Shown here: one piece after another, positions 28,541-35,840 of the stretch
Position numbering within the stretch: position 1 is the stretch's first letter
Layout: every line of letters begins with the position of its first letter
NCBI GenBank assembly: GCA_020631975.1
Contig: JACKGO010000001.1
Span: 3,409 to 67,408 of the forward strand
DNA: 64,000 bases
Direction of reading: 5' to 3'
DNA from: Candidatus Nomurabacteria bacterium
GTDB lineage: Bacteria > Patescibacteriota > Saccharimonadia > Saccharimonadales > CAIOMD01
Made by a program: the position numbers and the translations under genes
The notes under the pieces: generated by a model
The model's database searches: none
What the model was told of the DNA's origin: nothing
Seen by the model: the letters and a program-made list of their open reading frames with translations, nothing else

Positions 28541-29506
28541 ATGGCAGAGATACTACAGGGAAATATTCCTAAAAACGAAGCTGATGCCAACCCCGAATCC
28601 GCGCGTCGCGCGAAATTAAATCGTATTTTTGGAGTAATTGCAATATTTGGTTTTTTAGGAAATGCTGGTGTGGCTTATTTAGGTTACCAACAGCTCAATA
28701 ATACAGAAAAGAGCAATGCAGAAAGCACTTCAATAGGGAGGCTGAAGCAAAACTTACCAAGATTGACAGAGTGTGATGGCACTACGCTTCACACTAGAGA
28801 AGAGCTTGATAGTGAAGATATAGCTAGTATGTGCGAAACACTTATTAAGGTAATGAGTACTTTGGGCATAGATGAAGATATTTATTACGATGATATACCC
28901 GAAGGCCATAATCGCTCTGCTTTTGTAGAAACAAGTAAAGGTGAGTTTATTGTATTAGAAGCAAGCCCGTATAATATTCCGGCAAACAAAACGCAGGATG
29001 TGTTACTGCACGAGGCTATCCACGCGGCATATGATGAGCTCGTTAATGAAGTGCTTGAAAATGAAGAAAATAATATCGAAGGTCGAGCTGACTTTGTGTT
29101 AAATAACCTAGTATCAGCATTTAGAAGCCTACAGAAAATCAACAATGACATATCCAGCAATGGCATCGAGAAGAACACAGATCAAAGAGAGGTGTGTACT
29201 ACTGTATGGAGTACATTCACCGAAGGTTGTTTTGCTCGTGATTTTAGCGGAGATGATACAACCTATGGCCATCCGTTTGACGATATCACCGAGTTGACAG
29301 CATCAGGAACTAACCTGCTTGCTGGGCTTGATAAAGATGCCTCAAAGTGGTGGTTCAGAACAAGTCTAAAGAACGCAGACAAGGCAGAAAAAACCACAAT
29401 CCGTCAAGCGATTATTGCTGTACTTGATTTTATCTTTTACGTAACAGAAGGTCAGCCAGAAAAGATAGTCAAGGACTACGATTCACTAATGACTAAGTAT
29501 TCTTAA
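28541..29506 (+). CDS. Membrane-anchored hypothetical protein with an HExxH motif (putative zinc metallopeptidase)
   Basis: It has an N-terminal TM helix (IFGVIAIFGFLGNAGVAYLGY). The extracytoplasmic domain contains LLHEAIHAAYDE followed by acidic residues. I recognise no family. Confidence 0.6.
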   Translation: MAEILQGNIPKNEADANPESARRAKLNRIFGVIAIFGFLGNAGVAYLGYQQLNNTEKSNAESTSIGRLKQNLPRLTECDGTTLHTREELDSEDIASMCETLIKVMSTLGIDEDIYYDDIPEGHNRSAFVETSKGEFIVLEASPYNIPANKTQDVLLHEAIHAAYDELVNEVLENEENNIEGRADFVLNNLVSAFRSLQKINNDISSNGIEKNTDQREVCTTVWSTFTEGCFARDFSGDDTTYGHPFDDITELTASGTNLLAGLDKDASKWWFRTSLKNADKAEKTTIRQAIIAVLDFIFYVTEGQPEKIVKDYDSLMTKYS

Positions 29507-29527
29507 ATTGGGAGTAGCACGCAATAA

Positions 29528-30588
29528 CGTAATTAGTTCAACACCTTTGCAACACTCGCTGGTGTTCTACACTCTAAGCTCAAGTGTAGCCTTTCTTCGT
29601 TGTAGTAGGCAAGGTAGTTTGCTACCTTGCCATATAGTTCTTTAGAGAATGGATTTGTGGAACCAATACATTCTTCTTGTATTGTCCGGTTGAACCGCTC
29701 TATGTGAGCATTGTCATTCGGTCGTCGCACTCTACTGTGACGTACTGTCGTACCTTGCGCTTTAAGTAGCTCTTCAAAGTTCTTACTAAATTCGGGTCCA
29801 TTGTCAGCCTGGACGGTTTTGAAACGGAACTGAGCATAGGCCTGGCCTCGCTGGATGACTGCAGCGGCTACACGCTGGCTGAGCACAGTACTGTATTCGG
29901 CATACGCCCAACGAGAGTAAACATCAACCAGTGTATACAAATAGCTCCGCTTTTTTGTTCGGTGATCATACAGGTGTACCGTGTCGGTTTGAATGAAGTC
30001 ACCTGGACACTGTACATCTGGGCGCGGTAGTGGCGGACGCCACCGACGTTGCCACTTTTGTCGTACCACCAACCCGAGTCGGTACAATACCCGACGAACC
30101 GTACTGAGTGACACTTCGGTACCTTCTTGTTTGCAGTAGGCGTGAACAATTGTTGCGCAACGGTTGTACTTAGTGCGGTAATACCGAATGCGTTCAACAA
30201 CCATATTGGGTACTGCCCGACCAAAGAAATGAGGTCGGCTACTGTTGGTAGGTATACGCCACGTACAAGCTGCGAGACGAAAGCTGCTGGGCACTTGGGA
30301 ATCTGAGTTTCTTTTTGGTCGGTTGACATTGGTGAGCTGAACATTCTGGTTTAGTAGCTCCCATTTGCGTAGCCAACGCCATAAGGTTGTGCGGTGGACT
30401 CCACATCTTCTTGCAGCAATTGTCAAAGGCATACTTTGCTCAATGACGAGCCTAACGGCTTCTGCTCTCGCTTTAGGTAGTAATGGGTTGCTAGAATAGC
30501 TCATGTGGCTGTTCTCCTGTTTAGATTAGTACACTTACAGTGTAGAACAGCCACATGTTATGTGTTGCAAAGCTGTTGAGTCATTACG
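29528..30588 (-). mobile_element. IS481-family-like insertion sequence (~1.06 kb)
   Basis: It has imperfect terminal inverted repeats: cgtaattagttcaacacctttgcaacac (29528-29555) versus the reverse complement of 30562-30588, cgtaatgactcaacagctttgcaacac. There is a single DDE transposase ORF. No clear target-site duplication was seen. Confidence 0.75.
29533..30504 (-). CDS. DDE transposase (HTH plus rve integrase core)
   Basis: It has an N-terminal HTH (RRCGVHRTTLWRWLRKW) and an rve core (QTDTVHLYD...QADNGPEFS...NAHIERFNRTIQEE). Confidence 0.9.
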   Translation of the reverse strand: MSYSSNPLLPKARAEAVRLVIEQSMPLTIAARRCGVHRTTLWRWLRKWELLNQNVQLTNVNRPKRNSDSQVPSSFRLAACTWRIPTNSSRPHFFGRAVPNMVVERIRYYRTKYNRCATIVHAYCKQEGTEVSLSTVRRVLYRLGLVVRQKWQRRWRPPLPRPDVQCPGDFIQTDTVHLYDHRTKKRSYLYTLVDVYSRWAYAEYSTVLSQRVAAAVIQRGQAYAQFRFKTVQADNGPEFSKNFEELLKAQGTTVRHSRVRRPNDNAHIERFNRTIQEECIGSTNPFSKELYGKVANYLAYYNEERLHLSLECRTPASVAKVLN

Positions 30589-30594
30589 CAAAGC

Positions 30595-30623
30595 TTGACT
30601 AATTAGCACTAGCATGATACTAT
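30595..30623 (+). promoter_or_regulatory. Sigma70-type promoter (TTGACT, 17-nt spacer, TACTAT)
   Basis: The sequence is ttgactaattagcactagcatgatactat. It lies immediately outside the right IR of the IS. Confidence 0.55.
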
Positions 30624-30655
30624 AGGTTTATAAAGTAACAATAAATAGATAAATA

Positions 30656-30901
30656 ATGACATCACCAGAATCCATCTCACCAGAATTTGCCGCCAGATTG
30701 GCAGAAAAAGAACAAGCAAGAAAACGTACAGAATTAAAAAGAGCATTGGCGCTATTTGCGTTTGCGCTAGCAGCTGTCTTCTTTGCATCGCAAGAGGGAC
30801 TTATTGATAACCCGTTTGCCACACACCCAGATTCTTCTGTATCTATAGAAGATGGTCCAGATACTTCACGCCACACCATACCTACTGGAACAGAACGTTA
30901 G
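30656..30901 (+). CDS. Small single-pass membrane protein (IDNP family, paralog of 28254..28469)
   Basis: It has the same architecture and conserved tail as 28254..28469. Confidence 0.6.
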   Translation: MTSPESISPEFAARLAEKEQARKRTELKRALALFAFALAAVFFASQEGLIDNPFATHPDSSVSIEDGPDTSRHTIPTGTER

Positions 30902-30915
30902 TACACTGTAAAAAT

Positions 30916-30944
30916 TTGACAAAACACTAGCATTATGCTACTAT
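30916..30944 (+). promoter_or_regulatory. Cassette promoter P1 (TTGACA, 17-nt spacer, TACTAT) with the palindrome TAGCAT-T-ATGCTA
   Basis: A ~90-nt promoter plus leader block is almost identical to 31702-31790. The CAAAACACTAGCAT box is shared with 8309-8322. Confidence 0.7.
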
Positions 30945-30999
30945 GTTCTATAACGACTGACAAACAAAAACTACTAAAAAATAAAAAAGGAATAAATTA

Positions 31000-31632
31000 A
31001 TGAGCCACGAACAAGTACCAGTACGTGATCCAAAAGGAGAACACGAAGTAGATAGTAGCTGGGATTTAGACAAAGCAAGTAAATTAGCACCACTGCTATT
31101 ACAAGATAAAGGATTTCGTAATAAAATGAATGATTTATCTAGAGATCCTGAGAATTTATCTTTAAAGCTAGAAACAGATGAGGCCGCGGAAGGCTTAATA
31201 AGATTTACAGAAATGCTGTATGATGAAATACCTGAGTTGTTTGAAAATATACCTGATGAGCAGAAAGATGACGTCGCACGAGAACTATACGGCCTTGCCA
31301 GAAAAGAGGCTGAAAAGACACAAGATGCAGAACGATACGAAGTGTGTGCTGCAGAAATACGTGAATGGCATAAAAAGAAGATGCCTATGGGCGTTGCTAT
31401 GAGTTTGGGATATGGCGAATTTCTTAGTAGAAGGGAAATCGATTTTGCGCCAGATATTGCACTTCAAATGAAAAATATTCTTAACCACTACGAGATGTCA
31501 GATTCTGATAAGTCATTAGCAATGATTGCTTTGTTTGAAACTCTTCGTGACGAAGCAAATGTCGCATCACACGACGCAGGCTCTGCCTATGAAGAATTAT
31601 TTGATAAATTCTTACCTACTACTGAAAAATAA
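31000..31632 (+). CDS. Hypothetical acidic protein (210 aa)
   Basis: The ORF follows promoter P1 and an AAGGA Shine-Dalgarno sequence. I recognise no domain. Confidence 0.6.
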   Translation: MSHEQVPVRDPKGEHEVDSSWDLDKASKLAPLLLQDKGFRNKMNDLSRDPENLSLKLETDEAAEGLIRFTEMLYDEIPELFENIPDEQKDDVARELYGLARKEAEKTQDAERYEVCAAEIREWHKKKMPMGVAMSLGYGEFLSRREIDFAPDIALQMKNILNHYEMSDSDKSLAMIALFETLRDEANVASHDAGSAYEELFDKFLPTTEK

Positions 31633-31706
31633 GAAGAGTAAATAAGTTTGAAGAATTGTATAAGTCATTAGTCTTAGGTGAGATAACAGTAATATACTCT
31701 GAAAAT

Positions 31707-31735
31707 TTGACAAAACACTAGCATTATGCTACTAT
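31707..31735 (+). promoter_or_regulatory. Cassette promoter P2 (duplicate of P1)
   Basis: The sequence is ttgacaaaacactagcattatgctactat, identical to P1 across the -35/-10 region. Confidence 0.7.
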
Positions 31736-31790
31736 TGATGCTAACGACTGACAAACAAAAACTAATAAAAAATAAAAAAGGAATAAAAAA

Positions 31791-32291
31791 ATGAGCGAAC
31801 AAATGCCCATGCAAAGTGAAGTAAATACACAATTAGATAAAAAACCTGATACTGTCGTAGATCCTCAAAAAGCTGAAATTATGGCATATGCAGAAAATCC
31901 TATCAGGTCATCTGCGATATTAAAAAGAGAGATAGTTGATACGCTTGAAGAAGCAGCTAAACTTAATCCAGCTAAGACTTTTAATTCTGTAAATAGCCTA
32001 GCTGATTACTTTGTAGAATTGGGTTCTCAGTCCGAAGACAATCCTTTTATAAATTGGAATACTGAATATGCCGATGCTGTGGCGAACAGAATAATCAAAG
32101 CTCAATATGGAGATAAGACTGAACTTACGGTTATTGATGTAATTAATTACTTTGAATCTGATGCAGAATACTTAGACATAGATGCTAATATGGAGGGTGA
32201 GCGTGCTTCCGATTCATTTGATGCGTTACAAAAACGAATGGGTGAAATAGCTGCTAGCAGAAAAGGAAAGTATACCAGGACTTCATTATAA
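31791..32291 (+). CDS. Hypothetical acidic protein (166 aa)
   Basis: The ORF follows P2 and the conserved leader. Its N-terminal motif AEIMAYAENP resembles AWYMAHAEKP of 32581..33021. Confidence 0.6.
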   Translation: MSEQMPMQSEVNTQLDKKPDTVVDPQKAEIMAYAENPIRSSAILKREIVDTLEEAAKLNPAKTFNSVNSLADYFVELGSQSEDNPFINWNTEYADAVANRIIKAQYGDKTELTVIDVINYFESDAEYLDIDANMEGERASDSFDALQKRMGEIAASRKGKYTRTSL

Positions 32292-32330
32292 TAGTTTAGG
32301 GTACTAAGTTCTAACGCAATACATCATTAT

Positions 32331-32352
32331 AACGGATGGGTGACCATCCGTT
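32331..32352 (+). terminator. Terminator-like hairpin after the 166-aa ORF
   Basis: The hairpin is aacggatgg / gtga / ccatccgtt, followed by gttaatttattctt (T-rich, not a clean U-run). Confidence 0.45.
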
Positions 32353-32392
32353 GTTAATTTATTCTTATAATTCAAATCCTAACCTCTAAAAT

Positions 32393-32465
32393 CTAGTTAT
32401 TTTCTTGGAGGGCGTGGCGTTCGGCGTTTGCGAGTTCATCTATAGGGTCTTGAATATCACCAGCC
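32393..32465 (-). pseudogene. Displaced duplicate of the prfA 3' end (last ~23 codons plus stop)
   Basis: The minus strand reads [23 protein letters not shown], against the true prfA C-terminus [23 protein letters not shown]. The DNA match 32411-32465 versus 33078-33132 has 4 mismatches. Confidence 0.7.
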
Positions 32466-32580
32466 ACAGTAAATGGTATTTCACAAAATATTAATTTCTA
32501 AGTAGTTATTAAGCAAACTGGTCATAGTGTTTGTGGTTGCGTCGCCTTAAGACAGTAGGATACTATTACCCTTATTAAAT

Positions 32581-33021
32581 ATGAGGTTAAGAGTGAAGGC
32601 CAATAAAAAAAATGAGTTAGTGCGAAATAAACAAAAAGCATGGTATATGGCTCATGCCGAAAAACCTTATCAGGAACGGATTATTGCAGCTGAACAAATA
32701 GAGAGCATGGCCATTGATTTACAAGAATTTCACCAAGAAGATATAGTAGTTTCAAAAAAGACAATGCAAAAAATGATGGGTGTAGGCAGGCTCGCTTTAT
32801 TAAGATACTGGCTAAGAGGTGAGCCGTCGTACTATATTTCGCAGTGCGGAAAAACAGCAATCATAAGTACCATAGATTTTATCTATTACGGGCAAGCTAA
32901 AGAGCTGTCAGCTTCTGAAATAGAATATCAGGCAGAAGGTCTTGTAGGTCAGCTAGAAGTGTGGTCAACAACAAATGCTAAAACAGCTTGGCGAATGCAC
33001 AAAATAACATCCAATATCTAG
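32581..33021 (+). CDS. Hypothetical protein (146 aa)
   Basis: The ORF lies between the two copies of the prfA 3' end. I recognise no domain. Confidence 0.5.
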   Translation: MRLRVKANKKNELVRNKQKAWYMAHAEKPYQERIIAAEQIESMAIDLQEFHQEDIVVSKKTMQKMMGVGRLALLRYWLRGEPSYYISQCGKTAIISTIDFIYYGQAKELSASEIEYQAEGLVGQLEVWSTTNAKTAWRMHKITSNI

Positions 33022-33059
33022 TATCCATAATCTAATATCTATAATCCAATACTAATAAT

Positions 33060-34115
33060 CTATGCGCTGTCTTGTAAGGCGTGGCGTTCGGCGTTGGCGA
33101 GTTCGTCAATAAGGTCTTGAATATCACCAGCCAGCGCGGCAGGGATATTGCTGCGGCTGTAGCCTATGCGGTGGTCCGTAATACGGTCTTGCGGAAAGTT
33201 ATAGGTGCGGATTTTTTCGCTGCGGTCGCCGCTGCCAATAAGTTTTTTGCGGGCATCGCTGAGCTGTTTTTGCTCATCGTCTATCTTCATTTGCATTAAC
33301 CGTGCCCGTAGCACGCCCATTGCTTTATCTTTGTTTTTGATTTGGGACTTTTCGTCTTGGCAGGTAACAACAAGGCCAGTAGGTACGTGGGTAATACGCA
33401 CAGCACTATCTGTTGTGTTTACACTTTGGCCGCCATGGCCGCTAGCTCTATATACATCTACCCGTAAGTCACTGGGGTTAAGCTCTATGTCTGTTTCTTC
33501 TGCTTCTGGTAACACAGCCACAGTTGCTGTGCTGGTGTGTATGCGGCCTTGGCTTTCTGTAACTGGTACGCGTTGCACGCGGTGTACGCCGGCTTCATAC
33601 TTATATGTTTTGTAGGCATCGCTCCCACGAATGGCAAAAATAATTTCTTTAAAACCGCCAGATTCTGATGGGCTTTCGCTAATGAGCTCGATTTTAAAAC
33701 TGTGGAGTTCGCCGTAGCGAACATACATACGATACAGATCTGCACTAAACAGTGAAGATTCATCGCCACCGGCACCTGCCCGAATTTCTATAATACAGTC
33801 GCGTTCGTCGTTTGGATCTTTTGGGGTGAGGGCAGCGTCTAGCGCTTCACTTAGGGTAGCAAGTTTGGTGGTGAGTTCGGTTACTTCTATTTCTGCAAGT
33901 TCGGCAAGGTCGCCACCACTGCTTAGCAGTTCTTTTGCTTCTGTAAGCTGTTCTTGGGCTGCGATGTAATCATCATATAAGGCGATGGTAGATTCTAAAT
34001 AATTTTGGCGTTTGGCAAGTTTTGGGTATTCTGGGCTACTAAAAATAGCAGTGTCATTAAGGCGACCTTTTAGTTCGGCAAGTTCTGCACGGAGGGTATG
34101 AATTTTTTGTTCCAT
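33060..34115 (-). CDS. prfA: Peptide chain release factor 1
   Basis: It has the RF1 tripeptide region [16 protein letters not shown] and the GGQ motif ([20 protein letters not shown]). Confidence 0.97.
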   Translation of the reverse strand: MEQKIHTLRAELAELKGRLNDTAIFSSPEYPKLAKRQNYLESTIALYDDYIAAQEQLTEAKELLSSGGDLAELAEIEVTELTTKLATLSEALDAALTPKDPNDERDCIIEIRAGAGGDESSLFSADLYRMYVRYGELHSFKIELISESPSESGGFKEIIFAIRGSDAYKTYKYEAGVHRVQRVPVTESQGRIHTSTATVAVLPEAEETDIELNPSDLRVDVYRASGHGGQSVNTTDSAVRITHVPTGLVVTCQDEKSQIKNKDKAMGVLRARLMQMKIDDEQKQLSDARKKLIGSGDRSEKIRTYNFPQDRITDHRIGYSRSNIPAALAGDIQDLIDELANAERHALQDSA

Positions 34116-34166
34116 ATTTATATAGTTTACAGCTAATCTGTAGGTATTATCAAAAACATATTAGTA

Positions 34167-34384
34167 TTTTTCATTTTTGTGTGGTCAAAAACGAACCAAA
34201 AACCCACAGGGCGCCCAGCTCCCAATACTCATCTGCTAGTAACTTCTACATAGCACAAAAAGGACTCCTTGCAGTCGGTCTGGCACTTGTTATTTTAGGA
34301 AGTGCCAGACCACTCTTTTTGTATTGGCCATGCTAGAAGTTACATCAGCTGAATCAATAGTGAGCCGAGATGCCCAGACCCAGC
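34167..34384. repeat. Structured 217-bp repeat, copy A (candidate ncRNA; same orientation as copy B)
   Basis: It starts with the invariant 39-mer ttttcatttttgtgtggtcaaaaacgaaccaaaaacccac. It has nested helices and an apical 12-bp hairpin at 34277-34311. It lies between rpmE and prfA. Confidence 0.85.
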
Positions 34385-34478
34385 AGTCCGCTAGCAGACT
34401 CAATGTTGCAAAGAAGGTATCCATAATGATGAGCTCATAACGGATTACGTTTTGCCGTAAGCTGTGTACGGACGGCTT

Positions 34479-34835
34479 CTATGCAGCTGTTTTTACAGGT
34501 TTTTCTGGTTCTGCTTTGGCTTCGTCTTTGCTTGGTTTTTTGGCGCGAGTTTTGCTGGCAGATTTAATGCGGTCTTGTTGCGCTTTTTTGGCAGCTTCTT
34601 GGCGGGCCTTAAAGCGATCTACACGACCTTCCATGTCTAGCATCTTTTCTGTACCAGTGTAAAATGGGTGGCTACTGCTACTAATGTGAACTTTTACTAG
34701 TGGGTACTCTGTGCCGTCTTCCCACTTGGCGGTTTCTTCTGAACGCACAGTGCTGCGAGTTAATATACGCGTGCCGTCGTTTAAATCTTCAAAAATTACC
34801 AGACGGTAATCTTTGGCATGAATATCTTTTTTCAT
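34479..34835 (-). CDS. rpmE: Ribosomal protein L31 (type B-like, no CxxC) with a Lys/Ala-rich C-terminal tail
   Basis: [15 protein letters not shown]...HPFYTG is the L31 signature. The start is trimmed to ATG 34835. Confidence 0.9.
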   Translation of the reverse strand: MKKDIHAKDYRLVIFEDLNDGTRILTRSTVRSEETAKWEDGTEYPLVKVHISSSSHPFYTGTEKMLDMEGRVDRFKARQEAAKKAQQDRIKSASKTRAKKPSKDEAKAEPEKPVKTAA

Positions 34836-35004
34836 AATATTGTACGTACCTCTGACCAATTAGTTGGCTGTTGGTTAGCAGCAGGTCAATCGCTGCAGGC
34901 AACAGGTGAATATATCTAGCATATAGTAACAGATAGGACGACTTCTTTCAATAGAAGAATAATGCATTACAACGACCAATGGTTTAGTACTCGCGGTACT
35001 ACTG

Positions 35005-35033
35005 TTGAATTAGCGTGCTGCATCTGTTATACT
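35005..35033 (+). promoter_or_regulatory. rpsB promoter (TTGAAT, 17-nt spacer, TATACT)
   Basis: Hexamers and spacing were read directly. It would give a ~78-nt 5' UTR. Confidence 0.55.
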
Positions 35034-35070
35034 AGGTGTACACATTAATTTAACGAAGCAATCTGCATAT

Positions 35071-35117
35071 ATATCCTCCCCACTCGGGGCGAATGTAGAT
35101 GAAGGGAGAAGGATATC
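35071..35117 (+). promoter_or_regulatory. rpsB 5'-UTR element: a CCUCC-containing tract able to pair with the SD
   Basis: atatcctccc (35071-35080) is complementary to gggag..gatat within the SD region (35104-35116). A competing cccc-actc-gggg hairpin lies at 35078-35089. Confidence 0.35.
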
Positions 35118-35828
35118 ATGGCGACAAAACCTGATATTAAGGCCTTGCTAGAAGCGGGCGCACATTTTGGTCACAAGACCAGTCGGTGGCATCCAAAGAT
35201 GGCACCATATATTCATAGTAAAAGAGGCGGTATACATATTATTGACCTCACAAAAACAGTCGAACAGCTAGAAAAAGCGATTGCTTTTGCAGAAAAGCAA
35301 ACTGCTGCAGGCCACCAAATATTGTTTGTTGGTACAAAACGCCAAGCCAAAGACATTGTAAAGACAGCAGCCGTATACGCTGGCCAGCCATACGTTGTTG
35401 AACGATGGTTGGGCGGTATGCTTACCAATTCAACAACAACCAACGCACGCATCAAAAAGCTCAAAGACCTAGAAGGCAAAATGGAAAGTGGCGAGCTTGC
35501 CAGCAGGTATAACAAGCTAGAAGTTCAACGGTTCCAAGAGCAAATAGATGCCATGAACCATAACTATGGTGGCATAAAAGACATGAACGGTCGCCCGGGG
35601 GCTGTTTTTGTAACAGATATCCTAGAAGATCAAAACGCCGTGAATGAAGCTATTAAACTAAACATTCCGGTCATTGCAATTGTAGATACCAACACAGACC
35701 CAAGCAAAATAGAGTATCCTATTCCTGCTAATGATGATGCAGTAGGTACGTTGCAGTTGATTGTGAATTACATTGCAGATGCAGCACAAGAAGGTCGTGG
35801 TAAAAAAGTAGCAAAGGCAGCTGAATAA
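35118..35828 (+). CDS. rpsB: Ribosomal protein S2
   Basis: It has LLEAGAHFGHKTSRWHPKM and a strong SD (gaagggagaagga). Confidence 0.97.
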   Translation: MATKPDIKALLEAGAHFGHKTSRWHPKMAPYIHSKRGGIHIIDLTKTVEQLEKAIAFAEKQTAAGHQILFVGTKRQAKDIVKTAAVYAGQPYVVERWLGGMLTNSTTTNARIKKLKDLEGKMESGELASRYNKLEVQRFQEQIDAMNHNYGGIKDMNGRPGAVFVTDILEDQNAVNEAIKLNIPVIAIVDTNTDPSKIEYPIPANDDAVGTLQLIVNYIADAAQEGRGKKVAKAAE

Positions 35829-35840
35829 AAGGGGGTAAGT

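Noticed and set aside
29868-30344. A 158-aa alternate-frame ORF inside the transposase gene.
   Set aside because: It is nested in the well-supported DDE transposase frame, and no frameshift signal was seen.
33022-33060. The ATAATC-rich low-complexity junction (ataatctaatatctataatccaatactaataatc) between the 146-aa ORF and the prfA stop, as an att core.
   Set aside because: It is short and AT-rich, with no matching copy found at the other island boundary. It is noted but not supportable.
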